DNA of 64,000 bases, taken from assembly GCA_050613775.1 (NCBI GenBank), contig JBODTK010000137.1, positions 372,001 through 436,000 on the forward strand. The letters run 5' to 3'. Shown piece by piece: positions 28,111-39,743 of the stretch. The notes beneath the pieces were generated by a model. It did no database searches. It was not told the origin of the DNA and was given only the letters and a program-made list of their open reading frames with translations. A program made the position numbers and the translations under genes. The stretch is from Neocallimastix sp. 'constans' (lineage: Eukaryota). Within the stretch, counting starts at the first letter, position 1; the number at the start of each line of letters is the position of its first letter.

Positions 28111-28605
28111 CAATAATAAATTATTGATTATTTAATATATAACCAATCAAAGCATAATATATTAGTTATTCAATTATTTTAGTATATTTCAATTGTAAAT
28201 ATTTAACTAAATCCACTCTTAAAAATTAGAATTTATAAAATATCACAAGAAACTAAAATGAAAATAACTAAAATATAATATTTAGTTTTCAATTATACTT
28301 TATAATATCACTTTATTCAAAAGTTTGAAGATAAAGTTAACTATTATTTATTTTATATTCAAATTTAACTATTTTAAGTTTTAAAAATGATCCATGATCA
28401 TTTAATTCAAAAAAGTTAAATTGCTAGATATTAAATTATTTAATTTATCAATAAAAAGAGGGTAATATAATTAATACCTTCTTTATTTATTAATTTTTAG
28501 GTCATTTTTGCTTTTTGAAATAATTTTCCTACGGAGTTATGCTCAATTGTTTATGGAATACTTTTATTATATTTTATTAATTTTATTTTTTATTATATAA
28601 TTATA

Positions 28606-28987
<382 letters not shown>

Positions 28988-31737
28988 TCTAAATTAAAGT
29001 GGTATCTTCTACTATTTTCTATTTAATAAAAAGATATATTTAAATATACTATAGGTTAGTGTTAGATATTGTTATTTTATAAATTTTTCATTTTTCTATT
29101 CTATTTACTCCATATTAATTAAACTTTAATTTAACATTTATTAAATAAATAAAATAAATTATATATATTATTTAATATATATATTATTATTCAATTTATA
29201 ATATATATTTAATGGATTTAAAACTTCAAATAATTAATATATGGATGATAATCAATTAATATATCTCATAAAAATAATAATATTAAAGTTTAGAGCAAAA
29301 TTAAAACTTTGAACTTAAATGCTTAATAATTTGGATGTATATTTTTGTAAAAAAATATTAATATATATAAACAATAATGTCACGTCACTGTAATAATAAT
29401 ATTTGCCAATCCAATAATTTTGATATAGATAAAATAAATCATTAAAAGTATTATTAAATATAATAATATATAATAGTAAATTGATGTTAATATATTCAAT
29501 GATGGTTTTTTATTATAATAACAAAATGGAAATGTTATTTCTTTCAATTATTTCCTTTTTATTTTATTTTATTTTATTTTTTTATCTTTATCTTTTGTTA
29601 ATTTCTTCTATAGGTTAATTGTAGTTAATTATTTATTAGAAAACCAGATAACATTTAATATTCTGTAATATTGGCTAATTATAGCATATATTATCTTCGA
29701 AAATTGCTTTATGCAATAGAAATACAGTTAATATATATGAATATATATCATAAGATAGGTATGATTGAAGAATTTTCTAAATTTGACTTAAATAAATATT
29801 ATATAAATTAATAAAAAATTTGATAAATAAAATATAAAAAAAAAATATAAATCCATGTAATTAAAAGTTAATTTTTTTTTTTTTTGCTGATTATAATTGT
29901 ATATCTATTTCGACTAGATAGATATGATATTTTTTTGTAATTTATTATTTTACTATATTTATTAAAAGAAAAGATTACAATTTCATAATTTCTTTTTACT
30001 TTGCTTAATTTCTTACTTATAAATTTATGAAAATATTAATTATTGTTTTTTGCTTATTATCTAATTAATTTTAATTAAATTGATTTGTTTGTATCAATAT
30101 TTGTATTGATAATAGTTTAGTTTTTTTTTTACTTTATTTTTTTTTTTTTATTTATATGAAAAGTTATTCTATATGAACAAATCCTTTTAAAATATATTAC
30201 TGAATTAATTCTTAAAAATACTAAAAATAATTAGAGAATATTATATATTTTGAGAAAATAATTTTAAACTTCATAAAAAATAATTTAATAATGAATTAAA
30301 AATAGTAGGGAAAGATATTAACGATGTTAGTTATCTTACTTCTTTAACAATTTTTTGAATTATCTAATGTTATATTTGAAAAATAATATGAAATTTGTTT
30401 TAATAAACAGATATTTATATATATATTTTTTTATATTATTGATTCTTTTATGATTTAGTCCTTTGGTGTTAATTTTTTTCTTTCTAATTAAATATTATAT
30501 TTAATATATACAATTTTGTAAGTATTTTTTATAATTTTAATTTTATTATTTTCTTGTTACACATTATAATATTCTAAATTAAATTTTTATTTTCAATAAT
30601 ATAAGTTTATATTATTGTTAGTAATTTTATTTATATTTAATATTTATCAATTTATTTTAATAATTATAAACATTTAAAATAATTTTTTTTTTTAGAAATA
30701 AATAATAATAAAAATAAATAATTGAATAAATAATAAATAATAAATAATAAATAATAAATAATAAATAATAAATAATAAATAATAAATAATAAATAATAAA
30801 TAATAAATAATAAATAATAAATAATAAATAATAAATACTAAATACTAAATACTAAATACTAAATACTAAATACTAAATACTAAATAATAAATAAAAAAGG
30901 AGTTACTATCATAAAATTATAATTTGTTTTAATTTTTTTTATTGAATTTTTAAATTTTGTATAAATGCTTAAAGGAAGATTTAATAAAATTAATTAATAA
31001 AATATATTTTAGTATATTAAAATATATGTATATTATAAAAACCATTTATTACAAATTATAATCCATTTCATAATTTCTATTTAATAGTAATATAAAATGT
31101 TAATATTAATATATAGTTAAATATAATTTAATTATTAGAGAAAAAACTTTATATTATAATAAATGTATTTTTGTTTTTAATATAACATTTTTAAATATTA
31201 AAATAAATAATTCAAAGTTCTTAAATTTATATATAAATTATTGTCAAATAGTTTTAAATTATTTACATAACCTATTTCTATATATGGTATCATTCTTTTG
31301 TTTGAGATTAGTATTTACCACTAATTAATAAATTTTTATATATAATTTTTTACAATTAATGTTCATAATAAATTTTTATATTTATTATTTATTTATTTAT
31401 TTCTATTTAATAAACTGTTTTAAATTATAGTTTTATATTTAAATTTAATGTATATATTAATATAATATATTAATTATTAATTTTTTTTTTTTTTTTTCGA
31501 TTATATATTATGATGATATATTACATATATATTCGATTAGATATGAACTAAATATTGATTTGGTTTATATATATGGCTCATTTAACATCCAAATATATAA
31601 ATGGACAAATTAAATTCAAAATCGAAATAACATAAAAATAGTCGATTTTCCTTTCCAAAATTCTTTTTTGTTTTTTTACCAATTTTTTTTCATTAAAAAA
31701 TTAAATTATTTAATTACATTTTTTAAGTTAATTCAAC

Positions 31738-33678
31738 ATGTCTGACACAAACGAATTAGTTGCTAACTTCCTTAGCATGTTCAAGAACAGTCGTCAAGCT
31801 AAGACCAATACCATTGTTAGCGAAGATGAAATTCTTGCTGATATGGAAGAACTTTTCGTTGTTGGTCCAACCAAGTTAAAGGAAATTGTTAAGCACTTCA
31901 TTGGTGAAATGCAAAAGGGTTTAGATCATGATGGTGCTACTGTTGCTATGCTTCCTTCTTTCGTTACTAACCGTCCAACTGGTAAGGAACAAGGTTCTTA
32001 CCTTGCTCTTGATTTAGGAGGTAAATATTTAATTTAAATATTTTATTATAAATTGAAAATGGATTAAAAGGAATATAAATAGAAGTTTGTGAAATTTAAT
32101 TTAAGTAAAAAATAAAGAGAAGTTAACAAAAATAAATAAATATTGAAATATTATGATTTTTGACTTTGAGTAATAATTTATTATAAAAAAAATCAATATT
32201 TAAATGAAAGCAAAATAGTGTAAATAAATAAATAAAAAATAAATAAATAAATAAAAAATAAATAAATAAAAAATAAATAAATAAAAAATAAATAAATAAA
32301 TAAAAAATAAATAAATAAAAAATAAATAAATAAAAAATAAATAAATAAAAAATAAATAAAAAATAAAAAAAAAATAAACAAATAAATAAATAAATAATAG
32401 AAACAAAATATTTGTATGCATTAAGGTGAAGAAAGATCAGAGGAATATGGAATATGAAATAAATTATTCAAAATTATTACAGGAAAGAGGTAATAAATAT
32501 AATGAACTAATAATTATTTATTTATTATATAATAAATTTTGAAAATAGGTACTAACTTCCGTGTCTGTGAAGTTTACCTTGAAGGTCAATGCTCTGTTCG
32601 TCTTAGACAAAAGAAGTTCACTATCCCAGAATCATGTAAGAATGCCGAAGGTGAAGTTCTTTTCGATTTCCTTGCTGATTCTGTTGAATCTTTCCTTAAG
32701 GACAGTGGTGTTGTTCCAGCTCAACAAAAATTAGAACTTGGTTTCACTTTCTCTTTCCCAGTTGAACAAACTGCTATTAACGCTGGTAACCTTTTAGTTT
32801 GGTCTAAGGGTTTCAACTGTTCCAACACTGTTGGTAAAGATGTTGTTGAAATGCTTAATCAAGCTTTCATCCGTAAGGGATTAAATGTTAAGGTTACTGC
32901 TCTTGTTAACGATACTGTTGGTACTCTTATTTCCCACGCCTACAATGACCCACAAACTCTTGTTGGTGTTATTCTTGGTACTGGTACAAATGCTGCTTAC
33001 GTTGAAAAGATTGAAAACGTTAAGAAGTGGAAGGGTGCCATTCCAGCTTCTGGTGAAATGATCATTAACTGTGAATGGGGAGCTTACGATGAAGAAAAGG
33101 TTATGCTTCCAGTAACTCAATATGATAACAAGTTAGATGCTGAATCTCAAAACCCAGGTAAGCACATCTACGAAAAGATGATCTCTGGTATGTACCTTGG
33201 TGAAATCTGTAGAAATGTTTTCCTTGATCTTATTGAAAAGAAGTACCTCTTCAACGGTTACTTAAGTGAAGAATTAAAGAAGCCAAACAGTTTCGAAACT
33301 CAATACATGTCTAGAATTGAAAGAGATTACTCTGCTGATTTATCTGATACTAAGATTGTTCTTCAAGATCTTTTAGGTATTCAAAGCACAACTGCTCGTG
33401 ACCGTCGTATTGTTCGTCGTATTGTTGAACTTGTCGGTATTCGTGCTGCTCGTCTTTCTGCTTGTTGTATTGCTGGTTTAATTACTCAAATGAAGAAACT
33501 CGATGGTTGTACTGTTGCTATTGATGGTTCTGTCTATGAACACTACCCACACTTTGGTAACAGAATTCAAGATGCTCTTCACGAACTTTTAGGTATCTTC
33601 GCCGAAAACATTACCTTAGCTTTAGGTAAGGATGGTTCTGGTATTGGTGCCGGTATCATTGCTGCCTTAGCTGATTAG
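31738..33678 (+). CDS. HXK: Hexokinase, ~470 aa, 2 exons
   Basis: Exons 31738-32020 and 32549-33678 join to give LALDLGGTNFRV. Also LGFTFSFP, VNDTVGT, ILGTGTN, INCEWG, YEKMISGMYLGE and DGSGIGAG. Codon usage typical of a highly expressed gene. Confidence 0.96.
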
Positions 33679-34431
33679 ATGCATTAAAAAATTGTTCACT
33701 TTTCTCATTTTTTAATTAAATATGAAGAATAGAGAAAAGTTTTTTTTTTTTTTTCTTTTTATTGTTTTGAAAAAAAAGAAAAAAGAAATATATTTCCATT
33801 GAAAAGAATTTGTAATTAATTAAAAAAAATATATATTTCTAATATTTTAAATAAATTTAATAATAGAATTTATAGAATTTTTTAATTAATCTTTGTAATT
33901 AATTACAAAAGAAATTAATATTGGAAATTATTTGAAGTAATTAACATCTAAACAAAAATAAATTAAGAAAAATGATATTACGTAATAATTAGACAAAATT
34001 AAATTAAATAATTTAGATAAATGAAAAAAAAAGTAATATATATATATTTATATATAATAATAGGACGATGATATATTAAATATGAAAAATTTATAATTAT
34101 TATAATGAGTTTTTCATTAATAATATTTTAATCTTAACAAAGAAATTAATAATAATATTACTAAAAAAAAAAAAAAATTAGTAATAATAATATAATATAA
34201 TAAATTTAGTAATATTTTTTAATTGTTTTTTTTTTTTTTTTTTTAAAAAAAATAGTAAAAAAAGACCAATTATTGATATTATTAAAACATCATTAAAAAT
34301 TAATAAACAAAAAGAAATAAAATAATAAAAAAGTAAAATAAAATAAAAAAAAATAAAATAAAATAAAAAAGTTATTAGTAAATATAAAGTGTGTATTAAA
34401 TGGAAATATTGAAGTTATATTTTTATTTCTT

Positions 34432-34500
34432 AGCTTTTATTTTTATTTTTAATTTCAAATGTATGGAAGTGTATTCTTTTCTCTGTCTAAAAAAAAAAAA
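34432..34500 (+). mobile_element. Short 3'-tail remnant of LINE family B
   Basis: tttcaaatgta..TGGAAGTGTATTCTTTTCTCTGTCT plus poly(A), matching the family B terminus at 42491-42539 and 54896-54945. Confidence 0.75.
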
Positions 34501-37500
34501 TTCTCAGGAATGTATTACTTTATATGGGGTGCACTGAGAGTAGACTAACTTAATTTTAAAGTACTATTTCTGATAGTAATCCATTAAAAAACTATCTCAT
34601 GAAAAACATATTGCATTTCGGAATATTAAGCCTTACTTTAATTGTGAAAATGTTGATAATTACCTTGAACAATTTAATAAATATGAAAAACTTTGCAAAT
34701 TAATCAAGAAAACTAAGAGTAAATTTCGTTCTGCTAGATTTAAGGCTAATATAGTAAAAATAGGTAATTATTTTTTGAATACCCCAATGAAGTGGACTGT
34801 TTTTCCAGGTCCATGGAGGGTTGATGGAAAAGGAATAACCTATATCAGGTGTACTAATTACAGCTTTCTGTGATTCTGATGATAATCAATGGTTATCCTT
34901 TCTAAAGTGGCTTCTAGTACGAAGAGAGAAATCTGGAATACTGGAAGACTGTAGAAAGTGAACTTGACGTTCTATAATGTCTTAAACTGGATATGTAGTA
35001 ACATTGGAGTTGTACAATTAATAATATCATGTAGTTTCTACATATTATCATTGTAATGAATCTATTGTATTTTTTACTTTAGCATTATTTTGTATATGTT
35101 TTTTTCTATAGTATTATTTATACTCTCATGTAGCTATTGTAAAATGGAAATGTAGGAGATTGATTCACTCCAAAGCTTGTGTTTGAGACATTATTTAACG
35201 GATGGGAATCTTTTTATAGTTTTTCACAACTATTATTTCATTAACATTTAAATTTTATATTATATATGATTATTTTACAGAAATTTTTACATAAAACAGG
35301 AATTTATAATTGAAAATCATTAATTAAAACTAGTCAACACAAAAAGAAAGAAAAACAAACAAGTTTTAGCAAACAATATACACGAAAGAGAAGACAACAG
35401 CAATAAATTTTTATTTTTTTTTTAATTTTTTAATTTTTACTAATTTTATTTTTTTATTTTTTTATTACACTTAACTTTTTATTAATATAGATAAGTTTTT
35501 TATTTTATTATGTCAACTATACGAAGAGGTCTGCGACTTTATGGTCCTGACCATGATAAATTTGTTTTAATTTTCATTCATGATCTTGAATCATGGACTG
35601 AAAGTAGACTATGGGAATTTTTAAGCAAAAAGATATCAAATTGTAATGAAGTTGTTCATGGAATCGTTAAAAAACACTATATTAATATGGAAAACTACTT
35701 TATCCTAAGAGTTAACTATAATAATTGTACGGATTATTTGAAGGTTATTTATTTGATTACTAAGCACTTACCTGTTAAAAGAATTAAATGGAAGATTACT
35801 TCAAGGATACGCACATTTAGTAATGTTAATCATAATAGCACCAGGTATTATTCTGAACCCTCAATCCCCATCTCTGAAAGCCTCCTGTATGCTAACCCTT
35901 TCTCGAATACTAAATATTTCAACCTCTGTATTAGCTGGAACATAAATGGTTGGAATTCTGAAAAACGTGACGGACTTACCAATTTTAATTCAATCTTTAA
36001 TCCTATTTGTATTTGTCTTCAAGAAGTCGGTAATAGTTCATTCCTTAACTCCTTTTCTAACTCATATCCATTCCTTAATCATTATAGAACAGTACTGAGA
36101 CGTGCGGACAAAAAAATCCCTGGTATGAGGGGCCTTTATATAGGTGTGCACTCCTCCTGCCAATTCACTAATGATGATTTTGAATATAGATATATACTCT
36201 CAGTAAATATATTCTCTTTTTGGGGTGTCAGATGTTCTTTAGGGAACATTTACATCCCTAGCAAAAAACACAAAGACTCTAGAGAAAAAGCGGAAACTGA
36301 TTTTGCTAATTGGCTCAAGAACCATCAGAATAACCCTTCGGCTATTGTTGGTGATTTCAACATGACTAAGCAACAACTCAAAGATCTTATTCTTAGAATT
36401 TCCCCTCAATGGTTTGTTATGGATATGGTTGGTCATCAATTTACTTGGTCTAATGGTGGAAAGAATTCTTGTATTGATTTTATAGTAGTGAACGATAAAT
36501 TAAGAAATTATCTGAATATTGCTTCTGTATGCTACTCTTTTAATGACATCTCTGACCATTTACCACTTATTCTTTCTTGTAAAAAAATATCTCCTGATGG
36601 TTTTGTTACTCCACCTCGGGATAAACAAATTAAGTGGTCTAATCGAATTTGTAGGGATAAACGTGAAGCAATCTTCTCTCATAATAAATTCACATGTTTA
36701 CTGGATGAATTTGAACATAATGATAATCTAGACTCTAATACAATGGTTAAAAAACTTCTTGACACAGCAAATAAAATAGGCGATGACATTCAAGCAAGAG
36801 TTCCTACAAATTTACAGGGTTCAGCGTTCCATTGTCCTGCTTATATTAAGAAATTATCACATGAAAAACATTTATTTTATAAAAGGATTAAAAATTTTAA
36901 ACTTCGTAATGATTTGTCAAATCTTCAAGAATTTTGTGATCTCTCAAAAGAATATAGAGTTCTTTCTGATTATATCATTAGTATTAAAAGAAATATTAGG
37001 AATATTAGATTTAATAATTTGATTCATTCCATCGGCGAATGTTTCTTAAAAAATGATGCCCAGCGTGGTTGGTCTGGACTTAAGAAAATTTCTAAACCTT
37101 CTTACTCTCCTTCCCAATCACCTGTATACATTAAAGATAAAGAAGGTAATGTTCTAGTATCCCAAGAAGATCAACTCAATCGTTTTGCAGAACACTATGA
37201 AGAACTTGCTTCTGATATAACTGGTCACAGTCTTAATGAAAATTATTGGAAAAGAATACTTAATAATTCTTCTACTCCTCAGGTATCATGGGATATTAAT
37301 CAACCTATTTCCATGTCAGAAATTCATTCAACTGTTCTTTCAATGAAAAATAACAAAGCACCTGGTCCTGATGGTATACCTACAGAATTTTTTAAAGCAT
37401 TTTTTAATTCTGAGAGTAGAAATTCTTCTCAGGATGACTCTAATCAAGAGGTTACTTATTCCGATTGTGCAAAGTGTCTGTTATTACTTTTTAATAAAAT

Positions 37501-39683
37501 TTGGGATGGTGACTTTCCTAATGAATGGAACTCTGCTTCTATTGTTTCTATTCCTAAAAAAGGGGATCTTTCAGATTGTAATAATTATCGTGGTATTTCA
37601 CTCATCAATGTAGGTTTAAAAATTCTATCAAAAATTGTCACTAAAAGAATATCGGACTATGCTTTTTCTAATGGAATAATTAGACCAGAACAGTTTGGTT
37701 TTAGAAATAAAGAAGAATGTATTAGTTTATTTGTATCCATTCGTGAAATTTGTCAAAGAAGAAAATTTAAGGATAAATTTACCTTTCTTGCCTTTCTTGA
37801 CCTTAAAAAAGCTTATGATTCAGTTCCAATTTACAATATACTTACTAAACTAGATAATCTTGGTATTCGTGGTAAATGCCTTCAATTCATTACTAATCTA
37901 TACCTTACCTCGAAAGCTCGTGCAAACTTTAATGGTAAACTTTCAAAAGAATTTCCAATACACCGTGGTGTTCGCCAAGGGTGTCCTCTCTCACCTATCT
38001 TATTCAATATATTTATCAATGATATTTTTGATAAATGTAAAAGATATGGTGTGATTACTGAAAAGAAAAAGTGTTGTGGTGGATTATTTGCTGATGATAT
38101 TGTATTATTAGCTCCTACAAAATCTTCACTTAAAAACCTTTTGAATATTGCTCATGATTGGGGTATTAAAAATGAAATGACCTTTGGAATCAATAAATGC
38201 GCTACACTAGTTGTTAAACCAAAGAATTTTATTCCTTCAAGACATTATGAAAATCCTACATTTAGACTTGGTATGAACTATATACCAAGCACTAATCAAT
38301 ATACATATCTTGGTATACCTTTTAATGAATCGTTGGATTTAAAACCTATTATTGCTAAGATGAATAGTAAAATTAATTATACAGTTAACTCTTTCTTTAG
38401 TTTTTTAACCAATAGGAATGTTCCTTTCTACTTTAAAACTCGTATACTAGTTTCTTTTGTCCTTAGCTCAGTTCTTTATTATGCTCCCTTACTTGGTTCA
38501 AATAAAAAGAATACTGAAAAAGCTCAAACTGCTTTTAATCGAGGTTTGTACTGGAGTTTCGGGTTTAAAAATAAAACCTCCAATACTTCAATTTACAATA
38601 TGTCTAAGGAACTTTCTATACCTCCTATAGCTAGTTTTTGTGCTAAGGCGATGATTCGATGCTTTAAAAAGTGGAAAGATTCTTCTTGTATTATTTCTCA
38701 TTTAGTCAAAAATATACCTACACTTTCTCACTATTCATGGACGAAAAAAGCACGGAGTTTAGCAGTACACAAGCACAGTAATAAACTTCCTGGAGAAATA
38801 AGGAAGTTTTACTGGGAAAATATTCATTATTCAAGCACTCCTGCGATCAGATCTACAAAATACAAGAAATTTAAATTTGGTTTTAAAAAATTTATTCATC
38901 GTCTATCACTTAAATATTCACAATTTTCTCTTGGATTTTTTTGGATTGGACGAATTAAATGTGGATTCAAATTTGATGTAAAAACGTATGTTAAAAGTAA
39001 TCTAGTATCAGAAAATTGCCCAACATACTGCCCTTGTTGTGGTGAGAGTAACAGCATACCTAGTTTTACACACTGGATACTTTTATGTCCTAAATTTGAA
39101 GAATTTAGGCAACATTTCATTCCCTTTGTTGATGAAATTTTTATTAATTTTTCTCTAATTGTTCATGAGAAATCATTGAACATTCCTGATGATAAAGAGG
39201 AAGATTTTGATGATAATATCAATTTTTACGTGCTGTGTCTCCTTCTTGGCGGAAATGCAGTATTTGAAATCTTAAAGATCGGCTCGGGGGAAAGAAGGCG
39301 ATATATTAATAATATTTTTCAATCACCTTCGAACGAGTCTTCTTTCCCGATTTCATATTTTGTGGGGCTTGCGGAATTCCTTACTAACGTTATGCCTATT
39401 GTGATTGGTGATTTTTACACCATGATCGATTTGTATAGTGTTAGACCTACCGTTGTCAAGAGCGTCGACGTCGTAACGATAAGGCAAAGAAGAAATTCTG
39501 ATACAGATTCGAATGATAATTTTCATCCACATGGGGTTATCTTCGATGAATGGGAAGAGTTAGAGGCCTTTTCGTCCTCGAATCTCATAACGTAGTTTTT
39601 TAATATTAATATAAAAAATTTTCATGTATTTAAATTTCATGTATTTTTTAAAAAAAATATTATTAAATAAAGTTTATTCCTAG

Positions 39684-39739
<56 letters not shown>
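34501..39739 (+). mobile_element. Full-length non-LTR retrotransposon (LINE family A), single ORF
   Basis: ~1-kb 5' UTR, intact 1361-aa ORF, short 3' UTR with AATAAA, ..TAGTCT and poly(A) at 39687-39739. Confidence 0.93.
35510..39595 (+). CDS. LINE polyprotein: putative RRM-like N-terminus, APE endonuclease, reverse transcriptase, C-terminal Cys/His knuckle
   Basis: APE motifs SWNING, CLQE, VGDFN, CIDF and SDHLP; RT motifs KAPGPDG, NYRGISL, QFGFR, FLDLKKAYDSV, GVRQGCPLSP, LFADD and YLG; CPCC..H....C knuckle. Confidence 0.95.
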   Translation: MSTIRRGLRLYGPDHDKFVLIFIHDLESWTESRLWEFLSKKISNCNEVVHGIVKKHYINMENYFILRVNYNNCTDYLKVIYLITKHLPVKRIKWKITSRIRTFSNVNHNSTRYYSEPSIPISESLLYANPFSNTKYFNLCISWNINGWNSEKRDGLTNFNSIFNPICICLQEVGNSSFLNSFSNSYPFLNHYRTVLRRADKKIPGMRGLYIGVHSSCQFTNDDFEYRYILSVNIFSFWGVRCSLGNIYIPSKKHKDSREKAETDFANWLKNHQNNPSAIVGDFNMTKQQLKDLILRISPQWFVMDMVGHQFTWSNGGKNSCIDFIVVNDKLRNYLNIASVCYSFNDISDHLPLILSCKKISPDGFVTPPRDKQIKWSNRICRDKREAIFSHNKFTCLLDEFEHNDNLDSNTMVKKLLDTANKIGDDIQARVPTNLQGSAFHCPAYIKKLSHEKHLFYKRIKNFKLRNDLSNLQEFCDLSKEYRVLSDYIISIKRNIRNIRFNNLIHSIGECFLKNDAQRGWSGLKKISKPSYSPSQSPVYIKDKEGNVLVSQEDQLNRFAEHYEELASDITGHSLNENYWKRILNNSSTPQVSWDINQPISMSEIHSTVLSMKNNKAPGPDGIPTEFFKAFFNSESRNSSQDDSNQEVTYSDCAKCLLLLFNKIWDGDFPNEWNSASIVSIPKKGDLSDCNNYRGISLINVGLKILSKIVTKRISDYAFSNGIIRPEQFGFRNKEECISLFVSIREICQRRKFKDKFTFLAFLDLKKAYDSVPIYNILTKLDNLGIRGKCLQFITNLYLTSKARANFNGKLSKEFPIHRGVRQGCPLSPILFNIFINDIFDKCKRYGVITEKKKCCGGLFADDIVLLAPTKSSLKNLLNIAHDWGIKNEMTFGINKCATLVVKPKNFIPSRHYENPTFRLGMNYIPSTNQYTYLGIPFNESLDLKPIIAKMNSKINYTVNSFFSFLTNRNVPFYFKTRILVSFVLSSVLYYAPLLGSNKKNTEKAQTAFNRGLYWSFGFKNKTSNTSIYNMSKELSIPPIASFCAKAMIRCFKKWKDSSCIISHLVKNIPTLSHYSWTKKARSLAVHKHSNKLPGEIRKFYWENIHYSSTPAIRSTKYKKFKFGFKKFIHRLSLKYSQFSLGFFWIGRIKCGFKFDVKTYVKSNLVSENCPTYCPCCGESNSIPSFTHWILLCPKFEEFRQHFIPFVDEIFINFSLIVHEKSLNIPDDKEEDFDDNINFYVLCLLLGGNAVFEILKIGSGERRRYINNIFQSPSNESSFPISYFVGLAEFLTNVMPIVIGDFYTMIDLYSVRPTVVKSVDVVTIRQRRNSDTDSNDNFHPHGVIFDEWEELEAFSSSNLIT

Positions 39740-39743
<4 letters not shown>

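Noticed and set aside
32881..33120. Antisense or overlapping short ORFs within hexokinase, transaldolase, LINE and copia coding regions
   Set aside because: Shadow frames of real genes with no independent motifs.
34875..34935. CTGATGA as a possible hammerhead ribozyme core in the LINE A 5' UTR
   Set aside because: No stem II followed by GAAA and no matching stems I/III with a cleavage triplet could be built.
39361..39378. TGTGGGGCTT resembling part of the hatchet ribozyme, and AAGAGCGT resembling pistol
   Set aside because: The other required helices are absent and the match is not kept in families B, C and E; it encodes VGLAE.
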